DNA of 57,933 nt from a virus (Duplodnaviria > Caudoviricetes), in IMG/VR virus record IMGVR_UViG_3300028767_000024, positions 1-57,933 of that record. One strand, 5' to 3'. Both the position numbers and the translations under genes were made by a program. Below, piece by piece: positions 1 to 7,254 of this stretch (its first letter is position 1; the number at the start of each line of letters is the position of its first letter). The notes beneath the pieces were generated by a model, which was given only the letters and a program-made list of their open reading frames with translations, had not been told where the DNA came from and did not search any database.

Positions 1-132
1 ACAGGGAATCGAAGTGCTGCCACTAACACAGGGGATCAAAGTGCTGCCACTAACACAGGGTATCAAAGTGCTGCCACTAACACAGGGTCTCAAAGTGCTG
101 CCACTAACACAGGGGATCAAAGTGCTGCCACT
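1..132 (+). repeat. 27-bp tandem repeat, ~4.9 copies visible (truncated by window edge)
   Basis: Unit ACAGGG-NNT-CRA-AGTGCTGCCACTAAC starting at 1, 28, 55, 82 and 109. Confidence 0.95.
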
Positions 133-330
133 GTTAATGGGGATGATTCGGTTGCATGTTCGATTGGATACAAAGGAACGGCAAGTGCATCACTGGGATC
201 AGCCATTGTATTGGCTGAACGAGATGATAACTATAAACTGATCACTATTAAGTCTGCCATTATTGACGGAGTAATTTTAAAGGCTAACGTATTTTACACA
301 CTGATTGATGGCGAGTTCGTTGAAGTATAA
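1..330 (+). CDS. 5'-truncated phage protein with 9-aa TGxxSAATN repeats (probable DUF7666-type repeat protein)
   Basis: Frame 1 is open from base 1 to TAA at 328-330: TGNRSAATNTGDQSAATN...AIVLAERDDNYKLITIKSAIIDGVILKANVFYTLIDGEFVEV. The C-terminus matches the usual ending of this phage repeat family. The ORF-track call 14..241 is the wrong frame. Confidence 0.8.
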   Translation, partial: TGNRSAATNTGDQSAATNTGYQSAATNTGSQSAATNTGDQSAATVNGDDSVACSIGYKGTASASLGSAIVLAERDDNYKLITIKSAIIDGVILKANVFYTLIDGEFVEV

Positions 331-347
331 CCATTAGCATTAATTAT

Positions 348-575
348 ATGAACATTTATCAACAGATGATTATCGAGGATACCAAATGTACTCCTGAGAT
401 CGCAGTAGAACTAGAAGAGATTATGCGTAATGACATCTCCCATAGTACGCTTGATTGGCAGACCCGCAAACAATTCCGTAAGGGTTCGAAAGAAGCCAAA
501 GAGATGTACGACTTTATGAACAGTCCTGCCGGTAAAGATTACATGGACGAATTAGAAAAGGAGTACGGATTATGA
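348..575 (+). CDS. hypothetical protein
   Basis: 75-aa ORF, A/T-rich leader, ATGA overlap with next gene. Confidence 0.7.
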   Translation: MNIYQQMIIEDTKCTPEIAVELEEIMRNDISHSTLDWQTRKQFRKGSKEAKEMYDFMNSPAGKDYMDELEKEYGL

Positions 576-754
576 AAGTATTGAAACAATCCGAATTATA
601 CAGACTATCCATAGAAGATAATGGATGGGCTAGAATTGATGATCTACGAATTGATGATCACAGGCTTATTGATAGTGAGCCTTTAATCAGGGAGTTATCT
701 GATATGACTTCTTATGACTTCGATGATGAATGTATGAGTTTATTTAATCTATAA
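572..754 (+). CDS. hypothetical acidic protein
   Basis: 60-aa ORF translationally coupled to the previous gene. Confidence 0.6.
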   Translation: MKVLKQSELYRLSIEDNGWARIDDLRIDDHRLIDSEPLIRELSDMTSYDFDDECMSLFNL

Positions 755-764
755 ATTAGTTGAT

Positions 765-986
765 ATGACAACAACGCAGAGTACTATTAACTTCATGTAT
801 TGGCTTATGAATTACAATTACGGATTCATTGCCGAGGTGTGGTCAGATGAGCCATGGTTAGCGTCACACCTAAATGAGAAATTCAAGGGTAGGACAATAC
901 TTAATTGGTTCTTTGAATTGGATACTGACAATAAGCGCAAGTTGGTAAATTGGGTAAACGAAAATTATTCAGGAGGAATTTTTTAA
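765..986 (+). CDS. hypothetical protein
   Basis: 73-aa ORF in tightly packed operon. Confidence 0.65.
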   Translation: MTTTQSTINFMYWLMNYNYGFIAEVWSDEPWLASHLNEKFKGRTILNWFFELDTDNKRKLVNWVNENYSGGIF

Positions 987-1282
987 TGAAACAGACTAAA
1001 TTAAGCCCAAATCAGGATCGACGATGCAAGTTGTCGCCCGAGGACAAGCAAACTATCATCTCTTTAAAAGGATCGCTTACAACGGCTCAGATTGCCAAAC
1101 AGTTCGGGGTAAGCTGGAATTCAATTTACTTCTTGCTCAATCCCGATAAACTTGCAGAGAGCAGGGCTAAGTCGCAAGAGAAGGGCGGAATCAAACGCTA
1201 TTACGACAAAGACAAGCAGATCGCCAGGAATAAAGCGACTGCCGAGTATAAACAACAATTAAAATCGGAGGGTAAATTATGA
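986..1282 (+). CDS. putative helix-turn-helix DNA-binding protein
   Basis: KLSPEDKQTIISLKGSLTTAQIAKQFGVSWNSIYFLL is an HTH pattern. The likely start is the ATG overlapping the previous stop (TAATG, MKQTKL) rather than the TTG at 950. Confidence 0.65.
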   Translation: MKQTKLSPNQDRRCKLSPEDKQTIISLKGSLTTAQIAKQFGVSWNSIYFLLNPDKLAESRAKSQEKGGIKRYYDKDKQIARNKATAEYKQQLKSEGKL

Positions 1283-1608
1283 ACAAGCACAAATTTACAT
1301 CAGGAGAATGGATTAACGGATGGGGTTATGGATTAACCGGCCCAACATGTCCGTGGCAGCCAACAGTAGATGATAACAGAGCATATATCCCTATATCAGT
1401 AGGAAAATCTGCGATTGCTATTGTAGTTCAGCCGGAGAGTAATTCCTTGGATGAGATGAAGGCAAATGCAAAATTAATCTGTAATGCGCCTCTTTTATTG
1501 GACGCATTATTTGAGGCGATTGATCAGCTTGAATCATGGAATCCTGAATCGGAAGATACGTTTACTATGAAAAGAATTCGTGAAACCATTCAAAAAGCAA
1601 CATCATGA
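1279..1608 (+). CDS. hypothetical phage protein (KHTPGPW...ANARLIAAAPELL-type family)
   Basis: HKFTSGEW...EMKANAKLICNAPLLLDAL resembles a common small phage protein family. Confidence 0.7.
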   Translation: MNKHKFTSGEWINGWGYGLTGPTCPWQPTVDDNRAYIPISVGKSAIAIVVQPESNSLDEMKANAKLICNAPLLLDALFEAIDQLESWNPESEDTFTMKRIRETIQKATS

Positions 1609-1799
1609 ATATTAAATTAGGATCCCAAGTAAAGTTTATTCATCCATTCAAAGATGAAGTAAACAAAGATGGGTCGTTTCTTACTTACACAGTGATTGAA
1701 ATTGAGCCCGAAACGAACTGGTGCCGGATACAGGCCAACGTACCGATGAAAATTAAGCCAAGTCAGGTTGCTAATATTAGTGATCTTGAATTGGTATGA
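1605..1799 (+). CDS. hypothetical small beta-barrel (SH3/KOW-like) protein
   Basis: MNIKLGSQVKF...YTVIEI...ISDLELV pattern. Confidence 0.55.
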   Translation: MNIKLGSQVKFIHPFKDEVNKDGSFLTYTVIEIEPETNWCRIQANVPMKIKPSQVANISDLELV

Positions 1800-1832
1800 A
1801 TTGATAGTGAATCAACATAACAACCCAACACA

Positions 1833-2063
1833 ATGAAAAAGTTAATTATAATACTCGTTTTAATGCTTGGTGTGCTCACATCTCAGGCAGGAATCAAAGT
1901 AAGACACAGTAAGTCTCACGTAGTTCACAAGACTGCAAATAAGATCAGATATTACAAACGCCATCACCAGAATCATATCTTTCAGAGGTATCTGCAAACT
2001 TACCATCCCCACAAGGGAATTTTATCAACAACTTTTCAGCCAAAGGGACAAAGAATATTTTAG
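1833..2063 (+). CDS. small secreted basic His-rich protein
   Basis: MKKLIIILVLMLGVLTSQA resembles a Sec signal peptide; mature part rich in H/K/R. Confidence 0.6.
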   Translation: MKKLIIILVLMLGVLTSQAGIKVRHSKSHVVHKTANKIRYYKRHHQNHIFQRYLQTYHPHKGILSTTFQPKGQRIF

Positions 2064-2088
2064 TTATTAACAATTAATAAACACAAAC

Positions 2089-2499
2089 ATGAAAAACGAA
2101 TCAGTAATTGTAAAAGAAATCTGTTATCACGGCAATGAGTATTCAGATGCCCCAAATACAGTAGTATTGTCTTTTAATGCAAACAGCGTTGATCGTATTG
2201 CCCACGTAATGTCATTACTTGAGCACAATAAAGAGAAGCTAATAATTAACTCCATTCGTATTGATGCCTGTCCTTATTCCTTATGGCTTGAATACGATAA
2301 GGATAATTCCGAAACAGAAAACATTGATGCTGCTGATTGGAGAGATGATGGCGGACAGTTTATCATTACTTCGTACGGAATTTACTTTTACTCTCAATCC
2401 AAATGGGATGCATCTGATCAAATCAAGTCTGATTCAATATCCTTTGAAGAAATCATGGAAGGATTTAAAGAAGATTTGATTCCGGCTATTGGAAATTAA
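2089..2499 (+). CDS. hypothetical protein
   Basis: 136-aa ORF with A-rich leader. Confidence 0.7.
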   Translation: MKNESVIVKEICYHGNEYSDAPNTVVLSFNANSVDRIAHVMSLLEHNKEKLIINSIRIDACPYSLWLEYDKDNSETENIDAADWRDDGGQFIITSYGIYFYSQSKWDASDQIKSDSISFEEIMEGFKEDLIPAIGN

Positions 2500-2510
2500 A
2501 AATACTTATT

Positions 2511-2518
2511 TATATTTG
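2511..2518 (+). promoter_or_regulatory. Bacteroidota primary-sigma -7 promoter element (TAnnTTTG)
   Basis: TATATTTG at the start of a long intergenic region. Confidence 0.65.
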
Positions 2519-2522
2519 TCCT

Positions 2523-2660
2523 GTCGTTTGGAAGCGGCCTTTAAATAAACGGAGATTATGAATTCATGTTTTGCACATACGATTTTTTGTGAATCATGCT
2601 CGGTCATGTCTCCGTCTATAAACCATCAGGACTTCCAATTCCCTGATGGTTTTTCATTTT
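2523..2660 (+). ncRNA. candidate structured leader RNA A (kissing loop + terminator-like hairpin)
   Basis: 5' hairpin with TTGGAAG (2528-2534); middle stem ACGGAGA/TCTCCGT; 3' hairpin AAACCATCAGG/CCTGATGGTTT with loop CTTCCAA (2632-2638), then a T-tract. Confidence 0.55.
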
Positions 2661-2667
2661 ATAATAG

Positions 2668-2956
2668 GCGATAGGACAAGGGATTCTCACGAAGGTTAGG
2701 GGCTTATCGTAACATTACCGAAACCAAGGGAGGCGCAATCGGTACACCGGGACAAAGAGAGGAGGTGGCGTCAACGACTGTATGAAGTCAAAAGTTGCTC
2801 TCAAATTCGTTAAGCTCATACTGCGACGATGTAAGATGACGGGGACTGGCTCCACAAGCCTGTTGATTTGATTCTTGCAGTCCTAACCATTAACGATGAG
2901 TTTTTGGTTAGGAAGAACTAACTGTAAGAATCAAAAAAACTCCACCAAAGCCTGTT
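2668..2956 (+). ncRNA. candidate large structured non-coding RNA/DNA element
   Basis: No ORF of 60 aa or more, GC-richer than flanks by eye, several stems, and a long terminal hairpin flanked by a direct repeat. Confidence 0.45.
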
Positions 2957-3026
2957 AAAACTTCTATTAACTAATACAATAATTAACAACTAATTAAATA
3001 ATATTTAATACTAACTATTAATAATC

Positions 3027-3239
3027 ATGAATCAATACAACGTAATTTATTTAAAGCATGATCAAAAGTCTGATTCATGCATTGTAACTGCTAACCGCAA
3101 ATCTAAAGCAACTTCTCTCGTTCTATCTCAGGTTAAAGATGTTGAAAGGATACTTAGTGCAACCAGAGTGGAGAGGCAGTATTCCTCATTCGATATAAAC
3201 AAATTACTGTATTCAGGATTAAATACGCAAACTGCATGA
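3027..3239 (+). CDS. hypothetical protein
   Basis: 70-aa ORF after AT-rich leader, ATGA-coupled to next gene. Confidence 0.6.
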   Translation: MNQYNVIYLKHDQKSDSCIVTANRKSKATSLVLSQVKDVERILSATRVERQYSSFDINKLLYSGLNTQTA

Positions 3240-3619
3240 AACCTAGCGTAGTCAAACTCCTCCATATTTCCCTTTCCGTTTGCCCGGATCGACAATTTAT
3301 TATCCTAGGTCAAATTCAAAGTATTGAGCGCTTATTAAAGGTAACCAATACAAAGATCAGGGTAGTAGACAGAACCAAGAGTGAGGATAACGTATCTGTA
3401 TTCAGGGTAGTATTCCGGGATGAGATCAAGAGTCTATTCGACCGCATCTGTTCTGTTCAGGACTTGCTTCATATCTCTGGAAATTTAACGACTGATAGTG
3501 AATCGAATATTGAACTGGATGCAAAATACTTCTTAGCCTTTGACGGGTTAAAGAATGTATTTGATACCTCTGTTACAGCCATACCAACGGATGAATTTGA
3601 TCCTACGAGGGCTTATTAA
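3236..3619 (+). CDS. hypothetical protein
   Basis: 127-aa ORF. Confidence 0.6.
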   Translation: MKPSVVKLLHISLSVCPDRQFIILGQIQSIERLLKVTNTKIRVVDRTKSEDNVSVFRVVFRDEIKSLFDRICSVQDLLHISGNLTTDSESNIELDAKYFLAFDGLKNVFDTSVTAIPTDEFDPTRAY

Positions 3620-3671
3620 TTCACATTTAATCCCTGTTGAAATAGTATGTATAACCAAATACATATAAATT

Positions 3672-3956
3672 ATGAATCCAATATTACAAATACCAAACAT
3701 TACTAATCCGCTGGGAAAACATTGGCAGCAACCTGTAAAATCTAAAATCCTATTAGACGAGCATAATGCAGTTATGTCAGAATCCACGCTAAAGCAATTA
3801 CTCGAATATTCTGCATCAAGACCAACAGGCTTATATGCAGGAAAGATGTGGAGATCAGTTGATACGAAAGGGATTAACGCTCTACATTTCTGTTTTGAAC
3901 TTCCAGAAGATCCTGGAGCCGTATATATTCGTTCGCTGCCCATTTTAATACTGTAA
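3672..3956 (+). CDS. hypothetical phage protein
   Basis: IPNITNPLGKHWQQP...LLEYSASRPTGLYAGKMWR resembles a recurring small phage protein. Confidence 0.7.
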   Translation: MNPILQIPNITNPLGKHWQQPVKSKILLDEHNAVMSESTLKQLLEYSASRPTGLYAGKMWRSVDTKGINALHFCFELPEDPGAVYIRSLPILIL

Positions 3957-3960
3957 GAAT

Positions 3961-4218
3961 ATGGCTTTACTATCAGACGATCAGGACATACAGATAGCAT
4001 TATTCAGAATTGAAACAGGTGGGAATGGGGATTACTACCCACAGATATTTTATAAGGATTCAGAGGGTTTAAATCATACGGTTGGCGTGAGAATAGCCAT
4101 GAGTGGCGGTAATGCTCCCACTGATGTAAAACTTGCCGTTGCTGATCTTTATAGAGCCTTAGAAAAGCATGGACTAAACGAACATCCTATTAACGAACCC
4201 GAAAAATGGGATCTTTAA
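3961..4218 (+). CDS. hypothetical protein
   Basis: 85-aa ORF in operon. Confidence 0.65.
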   Translation: MALLSDDQDIQIALFRIETGGNGDYYPQIFYKDSEGLNHTVGVRIAMSGGNAPTDVKLAVADLYRALEKHGLNEHPINEPEKWDL

Positions 4219-4271
4219 AAAGGTTCACCTTGAGTGAGTATTTGGACCAAATTAACATTAAAATTAAAATC

Positions 4272-4490
4272 ATGTCAAGAAACACAGACCCTTTTGCACC
4301 GTGGAATAATCCGATGTACGAAAACGATCCGTTAGCGGCTCACAACAATCCTATGTATAAGGATGACCCATTTAAGCCGTGGAATGAACCTTTTGGATCA
4401 GTGAACGACCTTAACCGAGAAGAGAAATCTTCTTATGGAATAAGGCGAAATTATAGAGATAATTTAGAGGAAGAAGATTACGATTATTAA
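4272..4490 (+). CDS. small protein with three DPxxPWNNPMY-like 12-aa repeats
   Basis: The ATG at 4272 follows ATTAACATTAAAATTAAAATC, nearly identical to the leader of the next gene (4486-4506). Confidence 0.65.
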   Translation: MSRNTDPFAPWNNPMYENDPLAAHNNPMYKDDPFKPWNEPFGSVNDLNREEKSSYGIRRNYRDNLEEEDYDY

Positions 4491-4506
4491 CATTAAAACA
4501 AAAATC

Positions 4507-4644
4507 ATGGGGGAAATTAGAAATGAATTAAAACAGGCGTTTAAAGAAGATCCTTGGATAATGATTAAGCTGACGTTGCAGATAATCTTTGTTCTTGGGC
4601 TTAGTGTGGGTATTATTGTGCTTGCAGCCTGCTTAGGAGATTAG
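4507..4644 (+). CDS. small membrane protein (45 aa; below ORF-track cutoff)
   Basis: MGEIRNELKQAFKEDPWIMIKLTLQIIFVLGLSVGIIVLAACLGD, one TM helix, fills the gap between genes. Confidence 0.6.
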   Translation: MGEIRNELKQAFKEDPWIMIKLTLQIIFVLGLSVGIIVLAACLGD

Positions 4645-4667
4645 TAATAACCAATAATTAACAAGTT

Positions 4668-4898
4668 ATGAACAAGAAAGAAATCAAACAAATTGAAGAA
4701 GCAAAAGAGTTGATCGAACAGGCTTCGGCTATTATCGATGAGTTAAAGTGCACAAGAGAAAGTTATGCCGAAGAACGTTCCGAGAAATGGGCTGATTCAG
4801 ATGCAGGTCAGGAGTACGTTGATCAGACAGAACGGCCTGAAGGACTGTATGAATCGATCGTAGAGTTAAGCGAACAGTTTGACGAGTTTATATCATGA
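4668..4898 (+). CDS. hypothetical acidic coiled-coil protein
   Basis: 76 aa; ERSEKWADSDAGQEY motif typical of a small phage protein family. Confidence 0.7.
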   Translation: MNKKEIKQIEEAKELIEQASAIIDELKCTRESYAEERSEKWADSDAGQEYVDQTERPEGLYESIVELSEQFDEFIS

Positions 4899-5557
4899 GA
4901 ATGCTACGCGGAATCATAGGTTGTGAAGAATCACAGACAGTATGTAAGGCATTTAGAGCGTTAGGGCACGAAGTTTACAGTTGTGATTTACAGCCATGTT
5001 CGGGAGGAGAACCTCAGTGGCATATTCAGGACGATATTCTTAATCACCTGAATGACGGATGGGACTTTGCCATTTTCCATCCCGATTGCACTTTCTTAAC
5101 TGTGTCCGGTAATAAGTGGTTCACTCCTCAGCCAAATAGAGTATCTGGTAAATTAGTTGGACAGGATAGAGTGGATGCAAGGGATAAGGCAGTAGAATTC
5201 TTTATGAAGCTAATAAATGCCCCGATACAGCACATCGCAGTAGAGAATCCTATTGGCGTCATGAGCACGCTTTACCGCAAGCCCGACCAAATTATTAACC
5301 CATTTCAGTTCGGTCATCCTGAGCCAAAGAAAACGTGTCTGTGGCTAAAGAATCTTCCATTACTTACGCCTACTAAAATTGTGGAACCGGAATGGTTTAC
5401 AACTAAGTCTGGTAAGAGGATGCCTACCTGGTCACATAAACCTTCTCCTTCTCCCGAAAGACAAAAGATGAGGTCGGTTACTTTCCAAGGAATTGCTGAT
5501 GCCATGGCAAAGCAATATAGCGAATACTTAATCAACTACTATGAGACGCCACAGTAA
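4895..5557 (+). CDS. putative DNA cytosine methyltransferase (short phage type)
   Basis: GCEESQTVCKAFRALGHEVYSCDL, FHPDCTFL, IAVENPIG, INPFQFGH..KKTCLWLKNLP, RSVTFQGIADAMAKQY. Confidence 0.75.
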   Translation: MRMLRGIIGCEESQTVCKAFRALGHEVYSCDLQPCSGGEPQWHIQDDILNHLNDGWDFAIFHPDCTFLTVSGNKWFTPQPNRVSGKLVGQDRVDARDKAVEFFMKLINAPIQHIAVENPIGVMSTLYRKPDQIINPFQFGHPEPKKTCLWLKNLPLLTPTKIVEPEWFTTKSGKRMPTWSHKPSPSPERQKMRSVTFQGIADAMAKQYSEYLINYYETPQ

Positions 5558-5711
5558 TCACTCAAGGTATCCGGTATTCTCGTTAATGTTTATGATCGCC
5601 TTTATCCTGCTACTATTCTTCATTAGTTGCAGGTCATTTCAAAGCATGGAGCAGTATAAGAATTACGAGAAGGATCATCACAGAATCAGACCGGCGCATG
5701 TAGTTAAATGA
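5541..5711 (+). CDS. small putative lipoprotein (56 aa; below ORF-track cutoff)
   Basis: MRRHSNHSRYPVFSLMFMIAFILLLFFISC-RSFQ...: basic n-region, hydrophobic h-region, lipobox-like FISC. Confidence 0.5.
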   Translation: MRRHSNHSRYPVFSLMFMIAFILLLFFISCRSFQSMEQYKNYEKDHHRIRPAHVVK

Positions 5712-5714
5712 AAT

Positions 5715-5751
5715 AAGAAAAACCCGATTCGACATTTCGAGCTTTTCTTTC
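5715..5751. terminator. imperfect hairpin between convergent transcription units
   Basis: AAGAAAAACCCGA...TCGAGCTTTTCTTT at the + / - strand junction. Confidence 0.4.
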
Positions 5752-5782
5752 AAACAACTAATTTCAATCATGAAATACAAAA

Positions 5783-5995
5783 CTATTTTTCGACGAACAA
5801 CTCTTTTGTCGGATCAGGCTCGGTTATCGTAACCTTTGTTTCCATTGCCCGGCATAGCGTGAAATATCTTTTGAATAATTCGGGATTTTGATCTACCAAG
5901 TATTTGATCATGTCCGCAATGTCTTCCTTGGACATATAGCCGAAATCGGGTTGCTTAACTTCTTCTTTTGTTTGAACTGTGTCTTTCTTTGCCAT
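5783..5995 (-). CDS. hypothetical protein
   Basis: 70-aa ORF with its own TATCTTTG promoter upstream. Confidence 0.7.
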   Translation of the reverse strand: MAKKDTVQTKEEVKQPDFGYMSKEDIADMIKYLVDQNPELFKRYFTLCRAMETKVTITEPDPTKELFVEK

Positions 5996-6031
5996 TGGAT
6001 TAAGTTTAAAGGATTACTTTTAAGTATGGAG

Positions 6032-6039
6032 CAAAGATA
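6032..6039 (-). promoter_or_regulatory. Bacteroidota -7 promoter element
   Basis: TATCTTTG on - strand, intergenic. Confidence 0.6.
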
Positions 6040-6070
6040 ATATATTTTACTTATATATTGATAGTGAATT

Positions 6071-6664
6071 TTAGAATTTGTAGTTTAATCCAAACTCATA
6101 TCCCTTACTCTTGAAATTTGACAGGTATTTTAAGCCTAATCCTACATTGTAATAGTAAATTCCGACTCCAGCACCTGCGTATCCAAAAGTGTTGTAAGAA
6201 ACGCCTAAAAATGGGGTAAACACCCTCTGTTTTATTATGGTTGTCTGTTTCTCCATAGGAGTGAAGGAATAATCCAGCTTATTGAGTTTGTTATATTGCA
6301 CCTCTGCCCCCACAACGAGTTTTCCAACGGTGCCATTATCAAACATGGTTTTACTATATTTATTTAGCTTAACGTAGTCTGCAATAATTGCTGCTGTATC
6401 AACAATAGAAGCAATATACACGGGCTTCCCGGGGATTCTGATTGTGTCAGGTTTCATAGGCAGAACGGGTTTAGTAGGAATAATCACCTCGTACGGCTTA
6501 TCTACGTACACGGTATTTGTTACAGTTTCGCCTTTTATGTATTTTGTAACTATCGAAGGCTCAGTTTGCCAGCGACCAATAAAGAATCCTATAATCAACG
6601 CTGCAATTCCAATTACCCACCAATACTTTTTAAGTAATTCCATTGTCTTAGTTTTTATATTCAT
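6071..6664 (-). CDS. N-terminally membrane-anchored lysis-module protein (spanin-like candidate)
   Basis: TM helix WWVIGIAALIIGFFIG; C-terminal beta strands ending FGLNYKF; near the lysin gene. Confidence 0.5.
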   Translation of the reverse strand: MNIKTKTMELLKKYWWVIGIAALIIGFFIGRWQTEPSIVTKYIKGETVTNTVYVDKPYEVIIPTKPVLPMKPDTIRIPGKPVYIASIVDTAAIIADYVKLNKYSKTMFDNGTVGKLVVGAEVQYNKLNKLDYSFTPMEKQTTIIKQRVFTPFLGVSYNTFGYAGAGVGIYYYNVGLGLKYLSNFKSKGYEFGLNYKF

Positions 6665-6833
6665 TTACAATTTCACAGCCTTGTATGCCCTTTTGAATAA
6701 TATCAATGGCATCACCAACATCCTTAAAGTTGTGATACTTTTCTGAGTGGCATAGAATTTTTCCGTTCTTGGCAATGATTTTAAAGCTCCATTTCTGGTG
6801 AAAGAATCCGTTACGAACAATTATGATTTTCAT
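6648..6833 (-). CDS. DUF1508/YegP-like small protein
   Basis: WSFKIIAKNGKILCHSEKY...DAIDII. Confidence 0.65.
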   Translation of the reverse strand: MKIIIVRNGFFHQKWSFKIIAKNGKILCHSEKYHNFKDVGDAIDIIQKGIQGCEIVNEYKN

Positions 6834-7252
6834 GATATTGTAATTTTAATTGGGTCGGCTGCATTATTCAGAATATCAAATAGACGAAAGAAAATGTCGT
6901 GAGAGTCGGTTAATTGACCTACGATAGAGTTTTTTCCAACAAGAATACATCCGGCAGTATTAGCAGAAGTTGTTCCGTTGTGTATACGAATACCTTCAAA
7001 CCCTGGCACATTTAGAAGCAAAGGCATGATTCTCTGGAAGCGATTGGACCAATTCAAGATAACCGTATATGTTCCCGACGGAATAGCGGTCTGTGCATAC
7101 ACCTTTTCTTCGCCGGGATCAGTTATATCCCCATCATGGTTGTAATCCCTGTCCCTATCCTCCAGTGTTTCAGAAAATAATACGCCGTCGATAAAAAGTT
7201 TACCGATGGTATATGTCGATCTTCGTGCAATTCTTTTAAGTTTTAGTTCCAT
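6830..7252 (-). CDS. DUF5675 family putative endolysin
   Basis: YTIGKLFIDG..FSETLED..TAIPSGTY..LLNVPGFEGIRIHNG....TAGCILVG. Confidence 0.85.
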   Translation of the reverse strand: MELKLKRIARRSTYTIGKLFIDGVLFSETLEDRDRDYNHDGDITDPGEEKVYAQTAIPSGTYTVILNWSNRFQRIMPLLLNVPGFEGIRIHNGTTSANTAGCILVGKNSIVGQLTDSHDIFFRLFDILNNAADPIKITIS

Positions 7253-7254
7253 GA

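Noticed and set aside
1-132. CRISPR array
   Set aside because: Units are contiguous with no unique spacers, and the repeat is in-frame coding
14-241. ORF-track protein MLPLTQGIKV... repeat
   Set aside because: Shadow frame of the 27-bp repeat; frame 1 (1..330) gives a recognisable phage protein
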